This document shows positions 1 through 8,982 of a stretch of 64,000 nt of DNA, in pieces. Made by a program: the position numbers and the translations under genes. Location: NCBI GenBank assembly GCA_021816955.1, contig JAKAWP010000001.1, forward strand, positions 10,290 through 74,289, written 5' to 3'. The notes under the pieces were generated by a model, which was not told where the DNA came from, ran no database searches, and saw only the letters and a program-made list of their open reading frames with translations. The number at the start of each line of letters is the position of its first letter. The stretch's first letter is position 1. This DNA comes from Thermoplasmata archaeon. GTDB lineage: Archaea; Thermoplasmatota; Thermoplasmata; Lutacidiplasmatales; UBA184.

Positions 1-870
1 GACCGCTACATCCACGTGCTCGTGAACGAGAAGTTCGACCGGTCGATCCGGGTCGCGTACTCGAAGACCGAGAACGTCGAATCGCTCGACCAGCTCCAAC
101 ACGAACTCGTCCGGGAGGCGATGCGCTACGCCGGAGTCCACGACTCGCTCGAGATCCACACGATCGCCGACATCCCGAGCGAGGGGACCGGCCTCGGTTC
201 GTCGAGCGCCCTCACGGTCGGCCTCTTGAACGCCCTCTACGCCTACCGCGGCATCCTGAAGGACCCCGTCGAGCTCGCCGAGGCGGCGTGTCGGATCGAA
301 ATCGACGTGCTCCACGGCACGCTCGGCAAGCAGGACCAGTACATCGCCGCCCTCGGCGGCGTCCAGTACCTCGAATTCGAGGCGGACGACTCGGTACGCT
401 CGACGCCCCTCCCGCTGTCGACCCGCGACCGGGAGGCGCTCGGCGCGCACCTGTCGCTCTTCTATACCGGGATCACGCGCAACGCCCAGGGGATCCTCAA
501 GCAGATGGACGGCCGGACCGAGGCGAACCTCGCCGCCCTCGGGCGGATGCGCGAGCTCGCCGCCGCAGCGCGCGACGCGATCGTCGCGACGGATTGGGCC
601 GAACTCGGCCGACTGCTCGACGAAGGGTGGGCGCTCAAGCGCGGGCTTTCGAGCGGGATATCGACCGCGGAGATCGACCGGCAGTACGAGCGGGCGAAGG
701 CGGCCGGCGCCTGGGGCGGCAAGATCACGGGCGCGGGCGGCGGCGGGTTCCTCCTGCTCGTCCACCCCCCCGAACGGAGCGGTCAAATAGCGGACGCTCT
801 TCAACCGATGCGCCGGACGCCCGTGCGGATCGCACCGGTCGGCTCTCGGATTCTGTTCGTCGGACGATGA
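1..870 (+). CDS. GHMP-family sugar kinase, 5' end outside window; resembles D-glycero-alpha-D-manno-heptose 7-phosphate kinase (HddA)
   Basis: GHMP motif PSEGTGLGSSSA, HddA-like GKQDQYIAALGG and C-terminal KITGAGGGGF; ORF runs to window edge; stop overlaps next start as ATGA. Confidence 0.6.
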   Translation, partial: DRYIHVLVNEKFDRSIRVAYSKTENVESLDQLQHELVREAMRYAGVHDSLEIHTIADIPSEGTGLGSSSALTVGLLNALYAYRGILKDPVELAEAACRIEIDVLHGTLGKQDQYIAALGGVQYLEFEADDSVRSTPLPLSTRDREALGAHLSLFYTGITRNAQGILKQMDGRTEANLAALGRMRELAAAARDAIVATDWAELGRLLDEGWALKRGLSSGISTAEIDRQYERAKAAGAWGGKITGAGGGGFLLLVHPPERSGQIADALQPMRRTPVRIAPVGSRILFVGR

Positions 871-1460
871 CCGAGGCAAAGGGGCTCCCCGCGTACGTGC
901 GCCGCTACGTCGCGGAGACGAAGGCCGCGCTGGACGACGGCTACCTCGCGACCGCCGTCGCGGCGATCGTGCCGGTCTTCCTCAAAGCCCGGGACGCGGG
1001 TCGCACGATCTACTTCTTCGGGAACGGGGGAAGCGCCTCGACCGCCTCGCACTTCGTGGTCGACATCGCTAAGGCGACGATCCGCGGCGACGGCCGGCGG
1101 TTTCGGTGCGTCGCGCTCGTCGACAACGTGGAGAGCGTCACCGCCTGGGCGAACGACCTCGCGTACGCGCAGGTGTTCGCCCAGCAGCTCAAGACCCTCG
1201 CGCACCCGGGCGATGTCGCCGTCGGGATCTCGGGGAGCGGCAATTCGGCGAACGTCCTCGAGGCTGTCGCGGAGGCCCGACGGCTCGGCCTCGTGACGAT
1301 CGGGCTCACCGGCATGGGCGGCGGGAAGCTGAAGGGGATGGTCGACCACGCGCTCGTCGTCCCCTCGAACAGCATGCAGCACATCGAGGACGTTCACCTC
1401 CTCGTCTGCCACTTGCTCACCGCGTACCTCCGCGACGAAGCCCCCGCCGCCCCCCCATGA
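867..1460 (+). CDS. gmhA: Sedoheptulose-7-phosphate isomerase (SIS domain, GmhA-like)
   Basis: SIS motifs FFGNGGSASTASHF and GISGSGNSANV; ATG 867 overlaps upstream stop; the long track ORF 288..1460 is an upstream run-on of the same frame. Confidence 0.7.
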   Translation: MTEAKGLPAYVRRYVAETKAALDDGYLATAVAAIVPVFLKARDAGRTIYFFGNGGSASTASHFVVDIAKATIRGDGRRFRCVALVDNVESVTAWANDLAYAQVFAQQLKTLAHPGDVAVGISGSGNSANVLEAVAEARRLGLVTIGLTGMGGGKLKGMVDHALVVPSNSMQHIEDVHLLVCHLLTAYLRDEAPAAPP

Positions 1461-2299
1461 CCGTCGCGGTCCGCGACTACATGATCCTCGAGGTCGAGAA
1501 GGTCCCCGAGTCGGCGACGATCGAGGAGGCGACGCGCCGGCTCCTCCAAGGTCGGCACCACGGTCTACCGGTCACGGACGCCGACGGGAAGCTCGTCGGG
1601 TTCGTCAGTTCGAAGGAGCTGTTGCGCCACCAGGGCGAGCGGACCCTCCCGCTCAAGCGGATCCTCCGGCCCGGCACGTATACCGCCCGGCCCGAGACCC
1701 CGCTCGACGACGCGGCGCGGGTGATGTTCCGCTACGGGCTGCGCGACCTTCCGATCATCGACGACGACGGGCGGCTCTGCGGGATCATCTCGAACCTCGA
1801 CATCGTCCGGTCGCACTTCGAGCGCGCCTCCCCCCAGAAGGCCGACACGCTCCGCACGCTCCTCACGGAGCGCTACCGGCTCTCCTTCGGGATGCGCCGC
1901 GGCGTCGTCCCGATCGACCGGCTCCGCCCGACGCAAGGGAAGGTCTTCGAGGACGAGCTCGAAGGCCGTCGCTACGAGCTCGAGCGAGGGTTCGCCGAGC
2001 CGGTCCTCGTGGTCGAGAAGGGCGACCAACTCCTCCTCGTCGACGGCCATCACCGGGCGCTCGCGGCCCGGGAGATGGGGCTCACCCAGCTCCAGGCGTT
2101 CATCATCGCGTGCGAGCGGCCCGAGGAGTTCGCGCGGCTCGAGCTCGGGTTCGAACGCGGGGCGAAGGCCCAGCGGCTCGAGCGCCTCGACGACATCGAG
2201 GTCGACCGATCCGCCCATCACCCGCTCATCGAAGTGACGACCCAGCTGCTCCGCCGGTTCGAGGCCGGGTCGGGCGCCGCCCCTCCGCCCGTTCCCTGA
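1457..2299 (+). CDS. CBS-domain pair fused to ParB/Srx-like nuclease domain protein
   Basis: N-terminal CBS pair (GLPVTDADGKLVGFVS, DLPIIDDDGRLCGIIS); C-terminal ParB-like LLLVDGHHRALAAREMGLTQLQAFII; ATG 1457 overlaps gmhA stop. Confidence 0.55.
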   Translation: MTVAVRDYMILEVEKVPESATIEEATRRLLQGRHHGLPVTDADGKLVGFVSSKELLRHQGERTLPLKRILRPGTYTARPETPLDDAARVMFRYGLRDLPIIDDDGRLCGIISNLDIVRSHFERASPQKADTLRTLLTERYRLSFGMRRGVVPIDRLRPTQGKVFEDELEGRRYELERGFAEPVLVVEKGDQLLLVDGHHRALAAREMGLTQLQAFIIACERPEEFARLELGFERGAKAQRLERLDDIEVDRSAHHPLIEVTTQLLRRFEAGSGAAPPPVP

Positions 2300-2367
2300 C
2301 GGGGGTCGCTCGCCGAAGGATTCGTACAACACCGATATCAACCGACCCCCCGTCCAACCGCCGTTCG

Positions 2368-3432
2368 ATGGCCGCGCATCGTTCGCGTCGCCGGTGGGCG
2401 TACGCTCGAATCGTTCCGTGGGGGGTGGTCGGCGTGCTGCTCCTCGCGCTCGCCGGCCCGGGGCTGTCGTGGGCGGCGCCGTACCACCGGTCGGTCGTCG
2501 AGGTCGGCTACGCTACGGCGATCCCCGGCGCCGCCCCCGGGCCGACGGTCCTACCGGTCAACCTCACGGACGCCCCCGCGTTCGATCCGAACAATCTCAC
2601 CGCCCCCGCCTCCGTCAACGTGACGCTGCGCCTGTCGAACACGGGCGCTTACGACCACACGTTCACGCTCTCAAGCGTCCCCGGTCGCGCCGTGTTGAAG
2701 CCGACCTGGACCCCGCGGCAGGTCGATCAGTTCTTCCAGAACCACACCCCGATCGTCAACGTCAGCGTCGCTCCCGGCGCCACGGTTGTCGTGAATCTAT
2801 CGTTCGCGCCGTCCCAGGCGCTCAACTACTACCAGTACGTCAGCGTCGTGCCGTACCAGTTCCAGGCGGGCATGGCCGGGGTCTTCTACGTGTCGGGTGG
2901 GAGCCCCTCGTACAACCTCACGGAGAGCACCACGGACAGCTTGTCGTTCCTTCCGAACGAGCTCGCCGTGCTCAACGTCACGCACTTTCCCGTGATCGCG
3001 CACGTCGTGGTGACGAACACCGGTACGTTCAGCCACACCTTCACGGTCTCGCCCCTCGCGAACTACACGATCTCGGTCGCGAACTACACCTCGTTCTTTT
3101 TCACCAACACGCCGCTGATCAGTCTCCCGGTGCCGAGCGGGGCCGGCAGCACGGTGGCCGGGAACCTCACGATTCGGGGCCCGGGGGTGTACGAGTACAT
3201 CTGCCTCATCCCCGGCCACTTCGCGGCCGGGATGTACGGGTTCTTGTACGTCAACCTCCCGCCCCCACCGCCCCCGCCCGCGCCGAGCACGGCGCTGATC
3301 CAAGGGTGGCTCCTCGGGATCGCCGCGATCTTCCTCGGCGTCGCGCTCGTGCTCGCGTTCGCGGTCTCGTACATCGGCCGCCGGCCTCGCGAGCCGACCC
3401 CCGTCCCCGAGTCCCCCGCCTCCCCTCACTGA
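2368..3432 (+). CDS. Membrane-anchored two-domain cupredoxin (sulfocyanin/halocyanin-like blue copper protein), sequon-rich
   Basis: Signal/TM at N-terminus; second domain has type-1 Cu ligands H..CLIPGHFAAGM (CX4HX4M); first domain lacks Cys; poly-Pro linker PPPPPPAP then C-terminal TM anchor; about 12 N-x-S/T sequons. Confidence 0.65.
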   Translation: MAAHRSRRRWAYARIVPWGVVGVLLLALAGPGLSWAAPYHRSVVEVGYATAIPGAAPGPTVLPVNLTDAPAFDPNNLTAPASVNVTLRLSNTGAYDHTFTLSSVPGRAVLKPTWTPRQVDQFFQNHTPIVNVSVAPGATVVVNLSFAPSQALNYYQYVSVVPYQFQAGMAGVFYVSGGSPSYNLTESTTDSLSFLPNELAVLNVTHFPVIAHVVVTNTGTFSHTFTVSPLANYTISVANYTSFFFTNTPLISLPVPSGAGSTVAGNLTIRGPGVYEYICLIPGHFAAGMYGFLYVNLPPPPPPPAPSTALIQGWLLGIAAIFLGVALVLAFAVSYIGRRPREPTPVPESPASPH

Positions 3433-3485
3433 GCCGCGGAGCGAAGCGCGGAACCGTTCCGTCGAGCCCGAGCGGCGGACGCGCA

Positions 3486-3506
3486 GGCGAAACCGCCGGT
3501 TTGCAT
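3486..3506. terminator. Palindromic element between convergent cupredoxin and coxII genes
   Basis: AAACCG-C-CGGTTT inverted repeat in the 138 bp convergent intergenic region. Confidence 0.2.
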
Positions 3507-3570
3507 CCGCACCGGCCGGGACGAGAGCGGCGAACCGTCTTGTCGCACGAAAGAGGACGACGGAGGGAGA

Positions 3571-4008
3571 CTAGGTCACGACGAGCAGCGAGCGCATGTC
3601 CCCGTGGCCCTCGCCGCAGAACTCGGTGCACTGGATGAGGTACGTCGTCCCCGGCGTGTTCGGCACCGTGAAGGCGATGCGGTTGATCCGGCCGGGAATC
3701 GCGTCCAACCGGACCCCGAGGGCGGGGATGTTGAACGAATGGACGACGGCCGTGCTCGTGATATTGAGCTGGATCAGGGCGCCCGCGGGGGCCCACAACG
3801 GGATGTCCGACGCGTTGGTCGCCCCGCAGCCGGTCTGGTTTTGATAGCAGAACTGCCAGTAGAACCGGTGCCCGATCACGGTCACGGTCTCGACCGGGTT
3901 CGGCGGGAGCTGGCCGAGGTTGTACAGCAGAAACGTGGAGTAGACCCCGACGCCGGCGATGAGGACGACGACCGCGAGGGTCCAGGCGAGTTCGACGCGG
4001 CTAGCCAT
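3571..4008 (-). CDS. coxB: Heme-copper oxidase subunit II (CuA cupredoxin, single TM)
   Basis: CuA motif H..CTEFCGEGHGDM; one N-terminal TM helix; 145 aa. Confidence 0.8.
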   Translation of the reverse strand: MASRVELAWTLAVVVLIAGVGVYSTFLLYNLGQLPPNPVETVTVIGHRFYWQFCYQNQTGCGATNASDIPLWAPAGALIQLNITSTAVVHSFNIPALGVRLDAIPGRINRIAFTVPNTPGTTYLIQCTEFCGEGHGDMRSLLVVT

Positions 4009-4225
4009 ATCGCCGGCGGCGCGTCGCGGGATCGCGGTAGCGCCAGATCGAGTAGAAGAGGAAGGCGAACGTGATCACCGCGCCTCCGGCCGCGATGCCC
4101 GTGATCACCCAGACGAGCGGCATCGTCTGCTCGATCGGGGTCTGGGCGGCAAACGCCGCGGCGCCCAGCGCGATGGCGGTGACGCCGGCGCTCCGTCGGA
4201 CGACTCCCCGTCCGGCGCTCAGAGT
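4001..4225 (-). CDS. Small membrane protein upstream of coxII (start uncertain)
   Basis: C-terminal TM segment MPLVWVITGIAAGGAVITFAFLFYSIW; overlaps coxII start by 8 bp; N-terminal part of the track ORF 4001..4645 looks like run-on. Confidence 0.3.
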   Translation of the reverse strand, partial: TLSAGRGVVRRSAGVTAIALGAAAFAAQTPIEQTMPLVWVITGIAAGGAVITFAFLFYSIWRYRDPATRRRRYG

Positions 4226-4391
4226 CGACACGTCGAACGCTCTGAGACGGAAGTTCTTATGGCCCGCGTACGAACGCGCGGCCGACCGTCCGCCCTCTCG
4301 ACTTCGGTCGGCGGGCCGTTCCCCCACCGCCGAGGGCGCACGGCCGTATGTACGGAACGGCTTTGAATCGACCGTAGCGTAGCGCCGCCGT

Positions 4392-5165
4392 ATGCCGAAA
4401 CGCGGGCCGCGGGTCGCGACTCTCGCTCGGGCCGTGACCGTGGGCGTCGTGTCGGTCGTGTTGCTGGCCGTGATCGGCGCTGGGGCGGCCCACCCGCCGC
4501 TCCCCGGGCTCCCGACGACGCCGTCCACGATCCGGACCGCCCAAGGATCGACCGTCGTCACGATCAGCGTGGGCGAGGCGTATGCGTTCTCCCCGAACAT
4601 CGTGAGCAACCTTCCGCTGAACACGACGATCGAATTCGACCTCATGACGGTCCAGCCGTCCGGCCACTACTTCACGCTCGTCAACGCGAGCAACGAAGGA
4701 TACGACATCGCGACCGGCCTCGGCGGCGGGAATCCGGGGTCGGTCACCCCCACGCAGCTCGACAATTTCTTTAAGAAGCACCCTCCGACCGTGAGTGTCG
4801 CGTTCGGAACGAACCCGGGCGACCAGGTCTTCATCAACATCACCTCCCTCCCGAAGGGATGGTACGAGTTCGTCTGCACGGTTGCTGGCCACTTCCAAGG
4901 CGGGATGTTCGGCTACCTCGCCTTCGGCATGGCCGTGCCCGGTAACCTGAGCGGCGGCGGTCCGACCAACGCCGTCGGCCTTCCCGTCTACATCATTGTC
5001 GGGACGATCGTCACCCTCGTCGTGATCGCGATGGTTCTCGGGTTTGTCATCGGACGGCGACGGCAGGGCGAGGAGATGCCGCCCGAGCGTCTCGGCTACC
5101 CGGAGCCGGCCCCTCCGTCCGCTCCCGAGACTCCCGCGGGCGGACCCCGCGGCCCCGCGCCGTAG
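4392..5165 (+). CDS. Membrane-anchored single-domain cupredoxin (sulfocyanin/halocyanin-like)
   Basis: Type-1 Cu ligands HYFT...CTVAGHFQGGM; N-terminal signal/TM, C-terminal TM anchor; N-x-S/T sequons. Confidence 0.7.
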   Translation: MPKRGPRVATLARAVTVGVVSVVLLAVIGAGAAHPPLPGLPTTPSTIRTAQGSTVVTISVGEAYAFSPNIVSNLPLNTTIEFDLMTVQPSGHYFTLVNASNEGYDIATGLGGGNPGSVTPTQLDNFFKKHPPTVSVAFGTNPGDQVFINITSLPKGWYEFVCTVAGHFQGGMFGYLAFGMAVPGNLSGGGPTNAVGLPVYIIVGTIVTLVVIAMVLGFVIGRRRQGEEMPPERLGYPEPAPPSAPETPAGGPRGPAP

Positions 5166-5269
5166 CCGAAGTTCGAACGGTACGCACCAGAACCAATACG
5201 CACGCAACGTTCAAAAAGGCAGGTCGGGTCTACCTACGAGCCTCGTAGTAGGTTCGTGGGGGAAAGTCG

Positions 5270-6310
5270 ATGGCGTGGGCGACGCCGAGCCGAGAGCGCC
5301 GGGTGCTGAAAGCGGGCCATTCGTCGATCGCGGTGACGCTGCCGAAACCGTGGGCCGAGGCGATGAACCTTCGACCGGGGGACCTCATCGTCTTCGACCA
5401 GAACGATGACGGCACGCTGTTCTTGAAACCCGCCCCGACCGGGGCCGTCGGGACACCGGCCGCGCCGTACCTCGTCCAAGGCCACGCCTTCGAGGTGCCG
5501 GGCATGATCGAGCGGCTTGTGGTGGCGGCGTACCGGGCCGGCCACGACGCGATTGAGATCCGCAGCGAACGGCCGTTCTCCCCCGAGCGGGTCGAGGAGC
5601 TGCACACCACGGCCCGGGGGCTGCTCGGCGTGAGCGTCGTCGCGCTCGAACCGAGCCGGGTCGTGCTGCAGAACTTCATCGACCCGTCGAAGTACGGCCT
5701 TCCCCAGCTCGTCCAGCGGATGAAGATGATCTTGGTCGCCTTCCTCGAGGAGATCGAGGAGCTTCTCGCCCGTCACAGCCGCACCCGTCGCCTCGCGACG
5801 CTCCAAGAGGAGGCGAACAAAGTCCTCGCGTTGCTCGTCCGCCAACTGTTCCTGGCGAGCCGGGACTGGTCGCTCGCGCGCCGGATCGGCTCGCCGGACC
5901 CGCGCCAACTGCTCGAGTGGCGGGTGGTCGTCCACGCCCTCGAGGAGCTCTCCCTTTTGTTCAAGGAGGCGGTGATCGCGCTGAACCAGGATCCGCAGAA
6001 GCTGACGGGGCTCACCGCGAGCCTCGAGGCGTTCCTGCCCGAGCTGAAGAGCCACCTCAAGCAGGTCGTCGACGCCCTCATGCATCCGTCCCTCGACCAC
6101 GCGTGCGAGGTGCACCACATGAGCGTCCAGCTCTGGGAGGCCGCGGGGGACGCGGCGGAGCGCCTCAAGGGGGTCGCGAAGCGCAACGGCGCCCACGCGG
6201 CCACGATGGCGCTGCAGCGGGGAACCAGCTGCCTCGCCCAACTCGCGAGCGTCGCCATCGACCGGGCCGTCGCGTCGGGCGGCGAAACGATCTTGGTCGA
6301 GGCGGCCTAG
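5270..6310 (+). CDS. AbrB/SpoVT-type DNA-binding domain fused to PhoU-like domain regulator
   Basis: N-terminal swapped-hairpin motif KAGHSSIAVTLPKPWAEAMNLRPGDLIVF followed by helical PhoU-like repeats. Confidence 0.55.
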   Translation: MAWATPSRERRVLKAGHSSIAVTLPKPWAEAMNLRPGDLIVFDQNDDGTLFLKPAPTGAVGTPAAPYLVQGHAFEVPGMIERLVVAAYRAGHDAIEIRSERPFSPERVEELHTTARGLLGVSVVALEPSRVVLQNFIDPSKYGLPQLVQRMKMILVAFLEEIEELLARHSRTRRLATLQEEANKVLALLVRQLFLASRDWSLARRIGSPDPRQLLEWRVVVHALEELSLLFKEAVIALNQDPQKLTGLTASLEAFLPELKSHLKQVVDALMHPSLDHACEVHHMSVQLWEAAGDAAERLKGVAKRNGAHAATMALQRGTSCLAQLASVAIDRAVASGGETILVEAA

Positions 6311-6419
6311 CCGCGGTCGGTCGTTCATAAGGGGCGCGTATGGACGGTCCCTACGCGTCGAGCCGTCCCGTACGAACCGCATATCCCCCGTCCCTCGCTC
6401 GGTCGGCGAGGTAACGCCG

Positions 6420-6626
6420 ATGTTCGACTCGATCGATGATTGGCTGATCATCGCGGTGGTCGCCGGAATCCTGTTCTATGGGTCGAGCAAGATTCCCGCC
6501 CTCGCGCGAAGTCTCGGCCGATCGGTGGGGGAGTTCAAGCGGGGACGGATGGAAGTCGACCGAGAGTTGAAGGCCGAGGCGGCGGCCCCGGCCGCGCCGG
6601 GGCCGAGCGCACCCCCTTCCCGATAG
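6420..6626 (+). CDS. tatA: Twin-arginine translocase TatA/E
   Basis: TM helix plus hinge and amphipathic helix LIIAVVAGILFYGSSKIPALARSLGRSVGEFKR; GAGGT-like SD upstream. Confidence 0.75.
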   Translation: MFDSIDDWLIIAVVAGILFYGSSKIPALARSLGRSVGEFKRGRMEVDRELKAEAAAPAAPGPSAPPSR

Positions 6627-6726
6627 ACCGCGGCCGCCGCGGGGGACGATGGAGCGTCGAGTCCGAACCGCCTCGTCCGGCCCGATGGGCCGGCGGAGGA
6701 GGACCGGCCGAGGTGGCTGGTGATCG

Positions 6727-7563
6727 ATGCGGGATCTCGACCGGATCCTTTCGGTTCTCGGAGAGGTTCGCCACCGGGCCGTCCGGATCGCGCTCGTGCT
6801 CGTCCCACTGTTCGGGTTCCTGATCGCGTTCCGGTTGGTCCGGTTCGAGGTGGCGATCGGGCCGTTCTCGTTCGTCTTCGCCTATCCGTTTCCGAGTCCG
6901 TTCGACAATGTCAGCGCCCAAGTGTTCCGGGCGATGGCCGCCTACGCGCTGCCGAGCGGGGTCTCCTTGCTCAACCTCGGGGTCGGCGATTCGGTCTTTG
7001 TCCAGATGGAGATCGCGCTGCTCCTCACGCTCATCTTCGGCATGCCGTGGATCGTCCACGAGGTCGGGGCGTTTTTGGTGCCGGCGCTTCGCCGCAACGA
7101 ACGCGGACTGATCCGCCAGATCGGTCTTCCCGCCACCGGACTGTTTGCGGTCGGCGCCCTGCTCGGCTTCTTCGTCCTGACGCCGTTCACGCTTCGGCTC
7201 CTGTTCCTGTACGTCGCCTCCCTGGGCCTGGCCCCTGCGATGGGCGTGCAGAGCTTCGCGACGTTCGTGCTGCTGTACTCCCTCGGTTTCGGGGTCGTCT
7301 TCGAGCTGCCGGTCTTCTTGTACGCGCTCACCCGGCTCGGGCTCGTTCGGGCGGCGACCTGGCGCAAGCAGTGGCGGGTCGCCGTGATCGCCTCGCTCGT
7401 CTTCGGCATGGTGATCACGCCGGACAATTCGGGGATCACGATGCTCCTGATCGCCGGTCCGATGTTCGGCCTCTACGCGGGCGGAGCGTACTTCGCGTCG
7501 CGCTACGAGCGGCTGCGCGACGCCGGTCGCGAACGCCCGATCGCCCCCACGGCCGGAGGCTAG
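6727..7563 (+). CDS. tatC: Twin-arginine translocase TatC
   Basis: 6-TM TatC architecture, 278 aa. Confidence 0.75.
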   Translation: MRDLDRILSVLGEVRHRAVRIALVLVPLFGFLIAFRLVRFEVAIGPFSFVFAYPFPSPFDNVSAQVFRAMAAYALPSGVSLLNLGVGDSVFVQMEIALLLTLIFGMPWIVHEVGAFLVPALRRNERGLIRQIGLPATGLFAVGALLGFFVLTPFTLRLLFLYVASLGLAPAMGVQSFATFVLLYSLGFGVVFELPVFLYALTRLGLVRAATWRKQWRVAVIASLVFGMVITPDNSGITMLLIAGPMFGLYAGGAYFASRYERLRDAGRERPIAPTAGG

Positions 7564-7567
7564 GCTA

Positions 7568-7960
7568 GTGTCGCTGTTCAGCGAGATGGACTGGATCGTG
7601 CTCCTCGCGATCGGGGGGCTCGTGCTGCTCGGCAACGGCGGAACCAGCGCGTTGCGGATGCTCGGGCGGCTCTACGGTCGGGCCGTGCGGATGAAGCGCG
7701 AGCTGCTGAGCGAAGTCGCCCGTGCGGCGGACCTCCCGCCGCCGATCGAAGGGCAGCCGACGAGCGTTCGCGCGATGCTCCTCGGCGTCGATCCGACTCC
7801 CGAATCGAACGTCCCGTCCGTCGCCGCCGCCATGGCGGTACCGCTCGCCGGCTTTTCCAGTCGGTCGGTCGCGACCGCTGCGCGCGCCGACGGGCCGCCG
7901 CCGAGCGTGTGGAGCCGCACCGTCCCGTTCGACCCGTCCGAAGCGAGGTGGACCCGGTGA
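7568..7960 (+). CDS. Second TatA/TatB-like protein
   Basis: DWIVLLAIGGLVLLGNGGTSALRMLGRLYGRAVRMKR: TM + Gly hinge + amphipathic helix as in TatA/B; longer C-terminal tail. Confidence 0.5.
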   Translation: MSLFSEMDWIVLLAIGGLVLLGNGGTSALRMLGRLYGRAVRMKRELLSEVARAADLPPPIEGQPTSVRAMLLGVDPTPESNVPSVAAAMAVPLAGFSSRSVATAARADGPPPSVWSRTVPFDPSEARWTR

Positions 7961-8145
7961 GCGCGCTCGACCCGGACCAGATCGTCACCCTCGCTGAGAT
8001 CCTGTTGGTGCTCGCCGGCGTCGGGATCCTGTGGGCCGTCTACCACGGGAGCGAATCCGCCGAGCTCCCGGGAGAGGCGACGATCCCGCCGCCCGGCGAG
8101 GCCGACGACGCGGTGCCGGACACCCGGGGGAGGACGCTCCAATGA
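7957..8145 (+). CDS. Small single-TM protein (possible respiratory complex accessory subunit)
   Basis: GTG 7957 overlaps upstream stop (GTGA); TM LAEILLVLAGVGILWAVY; stop overlaps Rieske ATG. Confidence 0.3.
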   Translation: MSALDPDQIVTLAEILLVLAGVGILWAVYHGSESAELPGEATIPPPGEADDAVPDTRGRTLQ

Positions 8146-8981
8146 ACGGCCTCGATTGCGACCCGACGTGTCCGTTCACGGTCGGACGGGCGCCGACCCT
8201 GGACTTCCCCGTCGGCCAGATCCACCGGGTTTCCATGCGCTCCTCCTCCTCCTCGGACGAGGGCGTCGACGAGACGAAGCGCAACCTCCTCAAGCTCCTC
8301 GCGATCGCGGGCGTGATCGGCGCCGGAGCCGGCGGGGTGGTCGGCGGCGCGCTGCAGTACGTACAGCCCCCGACCGTCGGGCTCGGGAGCTATCCCAAGA
8401 CGCAGCTTCTCGACCTCGACGGCTCGGCGCTGACCGTCGACACGGCGCTCCGAGAGTACAACTGGAAGACGAGCGAGCTCCACCTGTTCAACTACCCCCT
8501 CCAGAACGAGCCGAACTTCTTTCTCTGCCTCGAAGGCGCCCCGTTCAAGCCGCTCGGCGGAATCGGGGGGCCGAACCAAACGTCGGACCCGAACTCATCC
8601 CAGGGGCCGATCGTGGCGTTCAGCGCCATCTGCCAACACCTCGGCTGCCCCGCGCCGGCGATCTCCTACTACCCGCCCGGGACGTGTCCGAAGTTCAGCC
8701 CGTCCGGTGTGAACGGCCCGATGTCGTTCTACATCCACTGCTCGTGCCACGGATCGACGTACGACGTGACGGCGAACGCCGCCGTCCTGACCGGCCCGAC
8801 GCTCTACGCGCTCCCGCAGATCATTCTCGAGACGGATGCGGACGGGAACATCTACGCCGTGAACATGGCGAGCTTGAACGGCCAGCCGGTGAACGGCCAC
8901 CTGAGCAACCTCACGGGCGGCTACGGCGTCGGGTCGTCCCAGCAGCTCACGAAGGATACCCCCACGATCCTCTGTCCGTGA
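8142..8981 (+). CDS. Rieske [2Fe-2S] protein of a bc-type complex
   Basis: Rieske boxes CQHLGC and CSCHGS; KRNLLK twin-Arg-like motif before TM; GGAGG 8 bp upstream of ATG 8142. Confidence 0.8.
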   Translation: MNGLDCDPTCPFTVGRAPTLDFPVGQIHRVSMRSSSSSDEGVDETKRNLLKLLAIAGVIGAGAGGVVGGALQYVQPPTVGLGSYPKTQLLDLDGSALTVDTALREYNWKTSELHLFNYPLQNEPNFFLCLEGAPFKPLGGIGGPNQTSDPNSSQGPIVAFSAICQHLGCPAPAISYYPPGTCPKFSPSGVNGPMSFYIHCSCHGSTYDVTANAAVLTGPTLYALPQIILETDADGNIYAVNMASLNGQPVNGHLSNLTGGYGVGSSQQLTKDTPTILCP

Positions 8982-8982
8982 G

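Noticed and set aside
288-1460. Long ORF 288..1460 and many similar long Arg/Pro/Gly-rich ORFs (e.g. 1106..2299, 2394..3638, 5234..6451, 16209..18194, 18785..20338, 30793..33276, 38058..40550, 38420..40624, 42336..44390, 45546..46571, 56163..58496, 56338..58110, 60113..63007, 60384..61943)
   Set aside because: Out-of-frame or antisense read-through typical of ~70% GC DNA. Their translations are low-complexity (R/P/G/A rich) and they overlap well-supported genes with clear motifs on the other frame or strand.
3084-3374. ORF containing poly-Gly (GGGGGGG) on the minus strand
   Set aside because: Antisense of the poly-Pro linker of the cupredoxin gene; not coding.
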